Source of the DNA: Octopus sinensis
Taxonomy: Eukaryota
Reading direction: 5' to 3'
DNA length: 64,000 bases
Assembly: GCF_006345805.1 (NCBI RefSeq)
Contig: NC_043012.1
Span: 33,108,001 to 33,172,000 of the forward strand
The notes beneath the pieces were generated by a model. The model was given only the letters and a program-made list of their open reading frames with translations, was not told where the DNA came from and did not search any database. This document shows positions 1-12,400 of this stretch, one piece after another. How positions within the stretch are numbered: the first letter of the stretch is position 1; every line of letters begins with the position of its first letter. A program made the translations under genes and the position numbers.

Positions 1-1336
1 CTTTCAAGCAAGTGAAAAAAACTATTTACCCATCATAAATGCTTTCAAGAAGTGCAATTCTGCAAAATTGTCCGTTAAATTGTCCATTAAATACCCCACC
101 TTCTCCTCATGCAATACAATAGCCACTAAAACCTACGGAGCCACAGATCTTTCAGAGTCACTGCAATATAAATGAGTTATGTAGCTGATGTTGAAATAAA
201 TATTGGCACAGCTTTTGTATGTGTGTGTGTCTGTGTACACACACATATGCAAACTTTTGAATACTGAAATGGCATTGATCTAGCTTTAAATCAATCGCAT
301 TGTCTGCTAAGCGTTACAGATGTGCAACTACCAGCAGTCATTCAAGCTGATCACTCTCAGAGTAATTGCAAAAAAGAAAAGCAGTAAAAAAAAAGACACA
401 AAAAAAAACTTAGCGAATTTGTAGGATATTGCTTGGCATTAAACTGAAATAAAGAACACTCATTATTAATGTATTGTTCATTGTTTGTCCTCAGAGAAAC
501 GGCACAGAACTGAGAATGTCATTTTGCAGACGCATCTAATATGTAAAATCAACATTGAATAATAATGATACCAGGTGTTTCTTAATTCTTTCTACCTAGG
601 ATCACCAGAAGTTTTTGAAGGACATCAAATCTATTAAGTTTACCATAAACTGTTTCATTATTAAAATGCACTAATTTTATGCCTATAATTTTGTCTTATT
701 GCTTTCAGTCAATCCTTCCAAAAATGAATTTCAAATGAAATACACTTTGTTTCATTATATACACACACACACACGACAGGATCCTTTCACTTTCTGTCAA
801 CCAAATCCACTTGCAAGGTTTTAATTGGCTGGAGGCTATAGTAGAAGACACTTGCCCACAGTGCAACGCAGTGGGACTAAACCCAGATTCATGTGATTGG
901 GAAGCAGGCTTCTTATCATTCAGCCACGCCTAATATGAATTAGAAGCGGCACTAGTGTTGTAAGCATCATCAACCACACATAAAGTATGTATTTTGCTAA
1001 AATGCAGCCAACTGGTGAACAAGCAAAGCACATACACTGTTGATTATTGTTTCTTTATTGTTTTCACGTATTTCTGTATGTTTATTCGTGTACATCATCC
1101 GTTTTCCGTCCTTGTGTTGTATACATTCGAAGCTTTCTTCCAAGGGATCTAATGCGCTTAGCTTAGATTTCCCTTGGGGGCTGCCCAGGTCGGAGCAATC
1201 TCAAGATTAATCAGCCGAAATTGCGAAGATGATCCGGTTCTTGACTGATGACTTCGAATGTCCTGTCCTGTGGTTCTTGTGTCGTTTTCTAGGTGTTTCA
1301 CGTTCTTGTCCCAGTTTGTATATATTTTTTACTTTT

Positions 1337-1337
1337 T

Positions 1338-1419
<82 letters not shown>

Positions 1420-1429
1420 TATATATATA
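1337..1429. repeat. (CA)n(TA)n microsatellite; similar tracts near 26130, 26490, 40640, 51930, 52270, 53175, 61685
   Basis: Direct inspection. Confidence 0.95.
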
Positions 1430-1759
1430 GTTAATCCAAACATGAAAACCCAAAGAGAAAACACAACAACGCGAGGACGTGGAACAAGTATAGTGTTATT
1501 GGATGCTCAGGAAAGGAAAGAAAGAAGGAGGATTTAATGTTTCGAGTGGAACTCTTTGTCAGAAACATAGAAAAAGGGAAGATCCAAGGAAAGGAAGACA
1601 GAAGAAGAAAAAAAAAAAAAAAAAAATCGCTTACGATACACACATTTTGAACATCTCTAAGCAATTTTCCCCAATGAACATGTGGCTTTCCGTCTTTTCA
1701 TGTCCCTGATTACTTTGTCCTGCTGCTGTCAACTTGAATTGCTGGCCCCTCTGTAAAAC

Positions 1760-2200
1760 CAGCAGGAGGTAGCCCTTCTTAATTCTATGTCTTCTCCACA
1801 TTCAGCAGCCTCTTATAATAGCATTTCCATGCCACTTCCTTGTGTTCAACATCAATGACAAGTATGCCTTCATCATTTTGAGTTCTCTTCTCGCCAATGA
1901 CATTTCAATTTTCTCTCTCACAGTCTCACAATTCTAAACAACTTCACATCTCTGCAGGATATGCATAAACCTCTTCTTTACTGCCTTACCTTTAGCCATA
2001 TGTACCTGTAACTTGGCAACTCTTCTAGCCATCAGGTAATGCTCATCTCTTAACCTTTACTGCTTCATCAACTGTATCATTCACATGGCATTCAGGTTTG
2101 GCTGGGACTTCGCTCCAGCCACATCTGATCTGTAACTCTAAGGAGGTTATTTCATGGGATTCACAGGAGTTTCCGGTTGCCATCTATACTACAAATTTCC
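1760..2200 (-). mobile_element. Decayed RTE-clade LINE fragment (EN-RT linker)
   Basis: - strand reads NVIGEKRTQNDEGILVIDVEHKEVAWKCYYKRLLNVE, with stops and frameshifts. Confidence 0.65.
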
Positions 2201-4753
2201 AAATCTTCCTCCCTTCACCCATATGCATGAATTAGAATTTCTTTAAACCTATTCTCAACTGCAGGCTCTTTTAGTTTCCATATCTTGGCATAAAGTCACC
2301 TGCCCCTCTTTATCCAGCCATAGAAATCATGTCAAAGCTGACACTGGAACTCGACACAACCCTGTGGCTCGCCAACATGCAAAACAGACGTTAAATGATG
2401 ATAATTGTTTTCCTTCTCGATGTCGGCTTTCGTTTCTATCTGCCTTGCTGACTCTGAAGCCAACTAGCCACTAATCATCAGGAAATGTGTTGGTATTTAA
2501 CCCTTCTGTCCAGTTTGCTAGTGAGGATGTAATCTCTTTGTCAGATTGGGTGGCGGTGAGGAAGTCAGCTGGTTTCCTAAAGTGTCTGTTGCAAATTGTT
2601 TGACCAGTAATTTCCAAATAATCGAATATTTAGCGCAAGGAAAGGGCATTAAACCAGTAAAACCAGTTAGCCCCTCGAAGAGCCGCCAACACACAGAAAT
2701 AATTTTAAACAAAAGCATTACATGCCCGTGTAAGAAAAAAAAAAGAATAGGAGAGTGGGATCCAAAATTATCAAGAGATTTCGGCTAAATGGAAACTACA
2801 TTATCAGCATAAATTAGTAGTAGTAACATGACATCATTGAACTTGTCGCAGTCAATCAGAAGAACAATACAAAAATATATAAAATATTCGTTATGATTTT
2901 GGCAATGTTGTGTGAAAATGTTACCTGATGAGTCCAATCTACTTTCGTAAAAAGATATCTAATTATAAAGGATCAAACAACTGCAGGTATATCAACACGT
3001 GATTTCTCCCCGATGTCAGTTTTCTTTTAATTACACGAACAGAAACACATCTCTTCGTAAACCAGTGGATTTTGTTAATAAAATGTTGAATAAAATTCTT
3101 AATACGAAAATTAGTTAATTTTTTTGATTTCTTCATTAATGTCAAAGCTCATATAAGTGTAACATCGAGTCCTAATTTCGGTTCACCAATATTCTCATTT
3201 ATATCCTACACAAGCACGGACTCAAATTTACATAAATAGGAAAGGAAAACGAGTTTGACATGAGTGCCTTTCTCAAGGGCATTAGCGATGTGAGAAACGA
3301 AGAGGCTACACAAGGAATTGAAACTGAATTATCGGCACGGTCAGCTGCATTACACGCCTACGGTACTCGCTTAACATTGTCAATAACTTTATCTTACATA
3401 ACACATACACATTGTACGGCATAGAAAGATTAAGCCAAATCAGTGGTGGTGGTGGTAGTTGCTTGAAAGCTATAGCTACCAACGATAGCTTGGCCCACAA
3501 ATGTAGAATATTCATTAGTTATTAACAAAAATCAAAGCATAATACTAATAAAATGTATTCCTTAATTTGGTATAAATCCAAGTTTTAGAAGAGTGAGATC
3601 AGGATTTTTGAAATGATCGAAGAGGAACAGCTTCAACTAGAAATTTGAATTTAATGTTGCATCACAATTTCTAACACAAGTACAATGCAAGAAATATTAA
3701 CGGGTAGGAAGAATAATCGATTATATCGATCCAGTACATGATACTTATTTTATCGACCTCAGCGGGATAAAAGCGACGTTTCTTAGTATTGGAACAAATC
3801 CTGAAATTTAAGGAGAGCGATCCTAGTACACTTGACTAGTACTTTATTCGACCTCAGAAAGATGATGAAAGGCAAAGTTGACCTCGGTTGTGTTTAAACT
3901 CAGACTGTAAGAAGCTGGTACAAAAACCGAAGAGCATTCTTGCTCGACGCTCAAACGTTTTTGTTGGACTCAATTTGTTCGATTTATGAAAAATTGAAGA
4001 AATGAGACGATGCGACACATTCAGAGAACGAGGAACGTTCAAATGAAATGGACAAGTATTTCGGCAGTTTATGCTGTAACTATATAGTCATACTACGAGC
4101 AGAATATTTTCTTTGGTGACAACACGAATTAAAATGTACACAACTAAACCCAATCCAATTAATTAACATGATTGCCCTTAAATCGACATCCTTAACAGGT
4201 CTCGAATTCTAGACTTTCCAAGTTACATGTTCAATGTTAACATGATGGACTAACGAAGTCTTGGAAACTCGACATGCTAGAAATGACAGCCAAGTTACAC
4301 CCCCACCGTTTTAAAAAAGACATTGGATATTGTCATCTAGATATTATTGTATTTAAAAGGGGGCAATTATGGTTGTTATACATTTTATAGAACTGCTTGA
4401 TCAGAGCTGTCCTGAGGCAGAACAACCAATAATAACGGTAAATCTTTCAATGGCCAAATTCGATCGATTAAAAGAAGACTAGAGATAGAACAGCTGGGAA
4501 TATTGATGTGGGTAGAAGAAAAAGAGAAAGGATAATAAATGAGGGAAGAGTGGTTGTTCGTAATTAATTATATGGGCAATTTAATAAATAATGATTAGGT
4601 TTTAGTTTGAAATAAACGAAACAACTCGAAAGGAAGGAAGCAACGTGTTGCCGATTGCCGGCAAAACTGAAACTCTGTAAAGAAAAAACAAGAAAAGGAA
4701 ACAATCTGAAGGTATAGGGAAAGAAAGAGAAGAATAAATAAAGCAATACTGAC

Positions 4754-4807
4754 TCCATATCGTTTCGACAGCAAACACTGAGGCCGTAGGATCTTCAGCA
4801 AACTCAT
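4754..4807 (-). CDS. Candidate first coding exon of a divergent gene (MSLLKILRPQCLLSKRYG), mitochondrial-presequence-like
   Basis: caaaaATG just downstream of the promoter motifs on the - strand; basic/hydrophobic peptide with no acidic residue; donor-like GGA|GTCAGT, followed by a pyrimidine-rich intron-like tract. Confidence 0.35.
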
Positions 4808-4859
4808 TTTTGATTTCGCGCAAAGAAAATTAAAGCCGCACTCGAGAAACGTTAAGACA

Positions 4860-4945
4860 CAACCTTCGAGTAACGGAAGTCGGAGCAATTACTACAGTTG
4901 CGCGCGTCATGTGACTCGCACTTCCGTTTTCCCAAACCGGGTTTC
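4860..4945. promoter_or_regulatory. CpG-rich housekeeping-type promoter candidate (ETS sites flanking an E-box)
   Basis: CGGAAGT 4874-4880, CGCGCG, GTCATGTGAC 4906-4915, ACTTCCG 4920-4926, in an otherwise CpG-poor region. Confidence 0.55.
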
Positions 4946-5962
4946 GGTTTATATAACAATGAAATGTGAAGGCTTCACATGTCATAAATCTATAAATACG
5001 GGCATCGATAATTATTGTGATAATAATAAAAGTGGAAATATTGACAAAAATTTCATCAGATTCCTGTTAACAACGGCGATTACACTTTTGCAGGGATTTT
5101 TTCGGTTTAAGACCTCAAAATGAAAGAAAATTATCTTAAAAGCAATCAACGTTAAAAAACTGAAATTGGTAAAGAAAAAATAAATAAATAAAATAAAAAA
5201 AACTTTTCAGTTTAATTCTCAGAATCTCCGTAATTTTAAGCATAGAATCTCCTCCACTACACCAATTATTTTTTTTCGCAAAAAAGTTAAAAACGAAAAA
5301 TTGGGAGGTAGGGTGAAGGAACTGAAAATTAAGAATGCAAATTGGCGTTTTTATACCGAAGGATCGCCAAAATTTAATCATGAGAAAAAAGACAATGCTC
5401 TCGCCCACAACACTTGCGATCTGTATCAGGTTGGCGAATATGCCAATATATGTTGTACTGGGTAGGACGGTGAGCTGGCAGAATCGTTAACACACCGAGC
5501 GAAATGCTTAGAGATATTTCGTCAGCCACTACGTTCTGAGTTGAAATTCCGCCTAGGTTGACTTTGCCTTTCATCCTTTTCAGGGTCGATTAAATAGGTA
5601 CAATTTACGCACTGAGGTCGATGTAATCGACTTAATCCCTTTGTCCTTGTTTGGGCAATAAAGAAATAAATATATGTTCTGAGTATCGTTAGCACGCCGG
5701 ACAAAATGCTTAGCGTCATTTCGTCGTCTTTACATTCAGAGTTCAAATTTTGTTGAGGTCGACTTTACCTTTACCTTTCGGGGTCGGTAAAATAAGTACC
5801 GGCTGAGTACTAAATTGATGTAATCGACTTTCCCTTCCCCCGAAATTGCTGGTCTTGTGCCAAAATATGAAAGCTGTAAATGGAGTGGGTTTAAAATTTA
5901 AAACAAGTAGGAAAGTAAACCTGACTAGATAACTTGTCTTATATTTCATTTACAAAATCAAA

Positions 5963-6358
5963 GGATCTTTTCGGTTTGAACGGCAATTTTTTCTAGCGGT
6001 GTCATACGAAATTGTCACCCATAATTATGACCCTAGTATCAATCTATTGCATTTCAATCTGTTTTGGGGTTAGGGGGAAGCGTATCTTTTTTTCTTCAGA
6101 AATGTAAATAATCCCAATCTGTTTCTTAAACGAGGGACATATTCATACGGCACAGAATGTTTTCACCCCAATAGATGTCATTGATTGGTTGAAATTGCAG
6201 AAAAAAACAACAAATATCTTACAAACTACAGAATTTTCTCAATAAAGCCAAGAAAATAAGATGTTTTATAAACACATTCTACCAGTATACGAAGTTTCAA
6301 AGTGTTTAGTTACGTGGAAATTATTTTTAAAAACTGCCATTCAAACCGAAAAGATTCC
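5963..6358. mobile_element. MITE with about 28-bp TIRs, superfamily not assigned
   Basis: GGATCTTTTCGGTTTGAACGGCAATTTTT ... AAAAACTGCCATTCAAACCGAAAAGATTCC; no clear TSD. Confidence 0.75.
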
Positions 6359-6866
6359 ACGGATGGATTCTCATCCTCATTCTATTTGAAGAGTATCGGA
6401 GAGATGGTATGGTAAAATAATTTGATACATTTCAAGGCATAGCTCCAAAAGTGTGCTCCCATCCCTCGACTTTGTTGTCACATAACGTCCAGAAACACGA
6501 ATATTTTGGATGAAATTTACGGCAAATACACTCCCAGATGATGTAGATTCCGATTATATTGGAATTTGTTGTGAAAAAAAAAAAAAAAAGAAAAAAAATT
6601 CGTGATTGGGAAAGGAATTTCTGAAAATTCTCACGCGTCAGGTTTGTTTCCTCATAGCTTTTCTGAAGATTTGGTATTTTTCAACGAAATTCTATATAGA
6701 TACCTTTCAGAGTGTGTAGATTACGATCATATGGGAATTTAAGATGAAAAGCAAAATTGGTGGACTCGTACACATATATCTACAAAGTGAAACTGGAAAT
6801 TTGGAACAAAAATTGATGCATTAGTATATGTGTGTGTGTACGTGCTCACCAATTCTCCCCCCCCCA

Positions 6867-7264
6867 TCTTTATATATAAAAGTAAGGTTGTGTGTCTGTC
6901 TCCCACGATTTAGATTCCTAACTACTCCCACATTTTGCGGTGCAGTTTAACCAAAAGCGGGTATCTTATAGTCGTGATTCATATCGAGCCCTTCTGGGTA
7001 TTAGCGAGCGTCTACCATGAGTCTACGATTTAAAAAAAAATTTACCATCATTTTTTCCATTTTAATGCATTTTTTTCGCTATTATATAAGAGAAGTAACT
7101 CTCTAAAAATGTCTACGATGAGTCAACGATTTAAAAAAAAAATTACCATAATTTTTTTTCCATTTTTAATGCATTTTTTTGCTATCTTTTGGCTATAACT
7201 CTCTAAAAATGCTTATATAGTTATTTCCCTTACAAACCCGAGCAACGCCGGGTGATACTGCTAG
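6867..7264 (+). mobile_element. Non-autonomous Helitron
   Basis: A|TC start, subterminal hairpin CCCG-AGCAACGC-CGGG, CTAG|T end, no TSD. Confidence 0.8.
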
Positions 7265-8436
7265 TTAATAATAATACAATCGTTGATAACTGTAGAAAAT
7301 TTCATTAAAAAATACCCATTTTTTGCAAGTTATGAGGTAACAAAGCCGAATCGTGCGAATTTTCCGAAACTCCTCACATCACCCTCAGGAAAAAATTCAA
7401 CACAAATTCCAATATAATCGGAATCTACACCACCTGAAGCGTATTTGTGAAGAATTTCATTGAAAAATATCTATTTTTTTCTAGAAGTTATGAGGCAACA
7501 AAGTCAGATGGGCACATATGTGGAGGTATATCCAATTCAAATTGTACGAAACCTCACTAACGGTTTCTGGATCTCAAATGGAGTGAGGGCAAATACAAAA
7601 AAAATACCGCTGCAAATGTCAGTCAGGTACCAAACTCCAGAAAAGCTATCAACGTCGAAATCTAAGGGATAATTCATGTTCTTTCCATTTCTCTTCCGAG
7701 CTATACCGAATCTCTCGAATAATTTGAGAGGGAAGCTTCCATCTAGCTCGAACTACTGACTAATTTAAGACCGATCTTTATCCCCAAATAATATCAAGAA
7801 GTTGATCCCATCCTTTCCTATTGGACTTAGCCCACCTTCATCAATCATCTTGACGACCACATCTCCTAGACGGCTGGAATTGATTTTTGAATGTTTCACA
7901 AAGCTCATAACAAATTTTTTTCGAGAGTATTCTCCCCTTCATACGTCAGTTGGGTCTCCTTAAGCTTACTGATTGTATCTATCCTTAACAGTTGGGTGTG
8001 ATTGGAAGCGACCCTCTCTCTTCGGAACTCAAGCCTTTAGTTCGGGGTTTTTGAATGAAACTGGGATGTGAAGCAGTAGAGTATGCCACGAGGACATTCG
8101 TGAGCACTACTTGTGAGGTCCCCCAGGGCAGTTCTCAAACTTGATTTTTAAAAATGTTTAAAATTCAACCGGTCGCGATATCTTCCTCAGCTCACTGAAA
8201 GTAGGGTGCTCAAGGGTTTTACCATTTTACTGGTAGGCTTAACAGGAGCCCTTTCATATCTCACTTAGCGATCCCTTTGTTGTTTGCCATGTGTGCACTG
8301 AGCGTCGATGTGATATATTCGAAGAAAATAACCTCACTAAAATTTCAGTTTCCAAGTATTTCATTAACCTGTACCGTTTATATTTATAAGTAAACACCTC
8401 AATAAATTAATGGAACAGCTAATGATTCATATCTAT

Positions 8437-9027
8437 ATATTGTCCATAAAGGGCTAAACATAGAAGGGACAAAGAAGGACAAAGGGATTAAGTCGATTAC
8501 ATCGACCCAGTACGCAACTGGTACTTAATTTATCGACCCGGAAAAGATGAAAGGCAAAGTGGACCTCGGCGGAATTTGAACTTAGAACGTAAAGACAGGC
8601 AAAATACCTATTTCTTTACTACCCACAAGGGGCTAAACACAGAGGGGACAAACAAGGACAGACAAAGGGATTAAGTCGATTACATCGACCCCAGTGCGTA
8701 ACTGGTACTTATTTAATCGACCTCGAAAGGATGAAAGGCAAAGTGGACCTCGGCGGAATTTGAACTCAGAACGTAGTGGCAGACGAAATACCTATTTCTT
8801 AACTACCCACAAAAGACAAAACACAGAGGGGACAAACAAGGAGAGACAAAGGGATTAAGTCGATTATATCGACCCCCAGTGCGTAACTAGTACTTAATTT
8901 ATCGACCCCGAAAAGATGAAAGGCAAAGTAGACCTCGGCGGAATTTGAACTTAGAACGTAACGGCAGACGAAATACGGCTAAGCACTTCACCCAGTGTGC
9001 TAACGTTTCTGCCAGCTCGCCGCCTTC
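8437..9027 (-). mobile_element. Head-to-tail array of three tRNA-headed SINE (family B) units
   Basis: Repeated aaggcaaagt(c/g)gacctcggcggaatttgaactcagaacg core; only the rightmost unit has the tRNA-like head. The GCCTTTCATCCTTTCGGGGTCGATAAA core resembles the Deu/Nin domain (from recall). Confidence 0.85.
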
Positions 9028-9298
9028 ACGGGTTCTACAAGACAATGAGAAACCTATGACAGAAGTTGCTCTGCCGAATCTCCCAATAGTTACTTTCAAG
9101 TCAGAACATAAAATCTTTATTTATAGTTTATATGTTGATCCATAAATTAGTGTGAGGTAACTGATTACTTTCTAACAAATATTAATTATTGGCATGTGAA
9201 GACATCAACAATTGAAAGAAGAAAGTTTTGATGGTGTATTAAGAAGTGTATCAAGCCACCGACGAATGAAATTGACTCGACGAATAGTTTGCTTTTAG

Positions 9299-9352
9299 AG
9301 AGGTGAAGGCCTGAGCCAAGCGACCAAGGTGAAGGCCGTAGTTAAAATGGCG
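9299..9352 (+). promoter_or_regulatory. NBAS 5' UTR / start context with YY1-like AAAATGGCG overlapping the ATG
   Basis: Local GC-rich patch; AAAATGGCG at 9344-9352; AGGTGAAGGCC occurs twice; possible acceptor tttgcttttag| ending at 9298. Confidence 0.45.
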
Positions 9353-9436
9353 CCTGCGGAGGACGAGTCGAGTGAAGAAAACATTCTTTACAATCTCACT
9401 GTACATGCCGAATGGAAAGTGGATGCAGAACCATTT
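9347..9436 (+). CDS. NBAS: NBAS exon 1 (MAPAEDESSEENILYNLTVHAEWKVDAEPF)
   Basis: aaaATGG start, donor TTT|GTAAAT, phase 0; resembles NBAS N-terminal ETILYDLLVNTEW. Confidence 0.9.
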
Positions 9437-12400
9437 GTAAATATTTATTTTAACGTATACTTTTGTTTTAGCATTAATTTTTCATTTCATTTGAATACTG
9501 ATGGCTATTTTTTGCTGTACATAAACTTCCAAGTGTTGCTTCTACGTGTCTGCTTTGGCTAAGTTGGCAGGTTCTTTTTTCATAAGCCATCATTTTCGTA
9601 TCTTTTTAGTTTGTCTTAATTGTGTATTTGTCTCTACTCTCAACAGAACTGTTTGATTTTCTGTTTATTCATCAATATTTTTTGTTTTCAAGTACTCCTT
9701 CTTGTCAATCGGACGCGTGTTAATTGCTGACTTAAGTGTTTCTTAATCACGATCACTTATTCGACATGACACAACAGTTAATTAACTTCTTAAAATCATA
9801 TTTTGATTCTTAAAAATAAATGTTCCAACGAATTTCCTTGGTAATTCGGAATATGATGATTAAATATTGTTTAATTGCTATCTATGTATATTACTTTTAT
9901 AGAAACCTATTGAGTATAATCTTTCAGATATATTAGTAAGTCACTATATATATATGCATCAAATGAAATAAAAAACATATATATATATGTATGTATATGT
10001 ATTGAATTTGGCTTATCCCCATTGTGATAAGAACGTTTATTTTACCATGCTTGCATAGTATTTCATGGAACGTTGAGATCTTCGAAAACGTATATAGTGT
10101 CAAAAAGCTAAAGTGTATATATGTGTATATATTGTTCCTTCTAAGTATTACTTTTAGCTACGTTTGGTTTTGATATAGAGGGCATTCCCGAAGTGGTGTT
10201 TATATGAAGTGTTTATTTTGTTGCATTGCTCTTCCTAAGCTGCAGATACATTTCTTCTTATTACCAACATCGTAGCTAATTTAAACCTTACTTCATCATA
10301 ACTTTAATTTCAAATGCTGGCTTCACACGATACAATAAACATCTCATAGTCACGTTGTTTATATATGTATTTGACTACTCATTATTATTATTAATATTAT
10401 TATTATTATTAACGAACACTAACAGTAACCATTCCTGACAGACATTTACAACTGATTAATGAGTATGTGTGGCAATCATGCTTTTCTCAAGAGCATTAGG
10501 GGCTCTAATGGAGCGCCCGCGACCCAGTCGTGATTCATTAATAATAATAGGGAATCTCGACCAGTTAGAAATGACAGCCAAATATCCCTCAAATCACATC
10601 TTATCGTCTTTAAAGAGGAAGGACACATTGGGTTTTATATACACCTAAAAACGACTAATGGGACGTCTTTGATCATAAGTCTACTGATCCGCGTTCAATT
10701 AGGACCAAACATTAACAAAAATTCTGCTGGACGAGCCAACGAAGAAAGCTCTACTTGGTTGCTTGATCTGGTAGAAATAGTAGCTAGGTCTATCTCAAAT
10801 AACCCCATATCATCTTAAAAAGAAAGATGTATTCGACAATATTGTCATGGTTATAACAAAAAGCTGCTCTATGGAAACGGCGTTGATTGTTGTGATTCTT
10901 CTCAAGGGCTGACTTGGGACTAAATTTTATTAAACTAAACATGAAGACAGTTTTGTAAAATGTGTATATTTGACTCCGTATCTCACTGTTACTAATTTCA
11001 TCAACTCCAGGAGAATGAAAAGTAAGACTGACTTAGTATAATTTCACCATGAGCTGTGAGACACAGCTAAACATATGGTTCCTTTTGCTGTAGTGTCTAC
11101 TTTCACAATACAAACTTTTGGGTAATTTGTTTGGCGGCCGTGGAAGTTTTTCAGTTATTTTCTTTCTTGTCAAGATATTGTGCTGTGGTCAGCTTGTTTA
11201 GTTTAGGGGATTTTTTTTTGTTCGACCGACTACATGCATCGGTTAGTTTAGGATTTTGTCTTTTTTTTGTATTCAGACTGACTAATTCCAGGATGGTTTG
11301 GTTGCTATTTCCAAAAGTTAAGCGATAGGAAAGAGGTTCCTTGGTAAAGTAAAATAATAGAAATTGTTCAATTATTATTTATAACGAGTTCAAATACCAG
11401 AATGATAATTTTTTTATGAGGTAGACAAAGAAGTAATCACTGCTTAGATTTAGCAAAATTTTAACCAATGCCAACCTCATAATTTTTGCAGTATTCTGCG
11501 ACTTGGCTCTTTTACTTTGAGATAAGAAGTCTTTGCTTTTGAAAGTGTCTCATATTTTAACCTTTGCTCTGACACCTCATCATTAATTCACACTGTATTT
11601 TAGTTAACCATATATATTCCGCGGTATATATACCACGCCGCCTTACTAGCACTTGTGCTGGTGGCATGTGAAATATTCAAACGAGGTCATCACCAGTGCC
11701 GCTGGACTGGCTCCTGTGCAGGTGGCACGTAAAAAGCACCATTTGGGTGTGGCCGTTGCCAGTACCACCATACTGGCCCTCATGCCAGTGGCATGTAAAA
11801 AGCACCTACTACACTCTAAGAATGGTTGGCATTAGGAAGGACATCCAGCTGTAGAAACTCTGCCAGATCAGATTGGAGCCTGGTGCAGCCATCTGGTTCG
11901 CCAAATCTTAGTCAAATCGTCCAACCCATGCTAGCATGGAAAGCGGACGTTAAATGATGATGATTCCAGTTTTTAGGAGCAGAATACCTTGATGATGATT
12001 GACAGTAACTTTCTTATTGTGGCTAGCGACCTCAATGGTTATGTTGGGCAGCACTCCAATGGATTTCATGGTGTGCATGGGGGTTAGGGCTTTGCTTCTA
12101 GAAATTAGGGGTGGGGAGCAAGGCTGATGGAATTCTGTAATGCAAATGACTTGATGATCTACAACACTAACTTCTGAAAACCAACCAGGCCCCTGATCAG
12201 CTATCAATCTAATGTGCATATAAACCAGATTGACCATATTCCCATTATAAGACAGGATACACAAATGCTTAGAAATGCACGCAAAATTTTTCCCCAGGCA
12301 AAGAATGTACTACCAAGCATAGGTTAATGATTAGTGACTTTGAAATTAGAGCTAGAAGGATGAAGAGAAACAGACCAGTGTGGAAAAGAAAGGCATGGAA

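Noticed and set aside
1-200. Possible - strand exon(s), e.g. VAIVLHEEKVGYLMDNLTDNFAELHFLKAFMM or IALLESIYDG, before a GTAAAT donor
   Set aside because: Several incompatible acceptor and frame choices and no recognisable homology; cannot be supported without RNA data
7680-8330. Coding-like composition suggesting a pseudogene or transposon ORF on the - strand
   Set aside because: The frames I read were short and interrupted, with no motif I recognise; needs BLASTX
11940-11965. C/D-box snoRNA candidates (many ATGATGA)
   Set aside because: The ATGATGA strings are family A (GAT)n tails, with no matching D box or terminal stem identified
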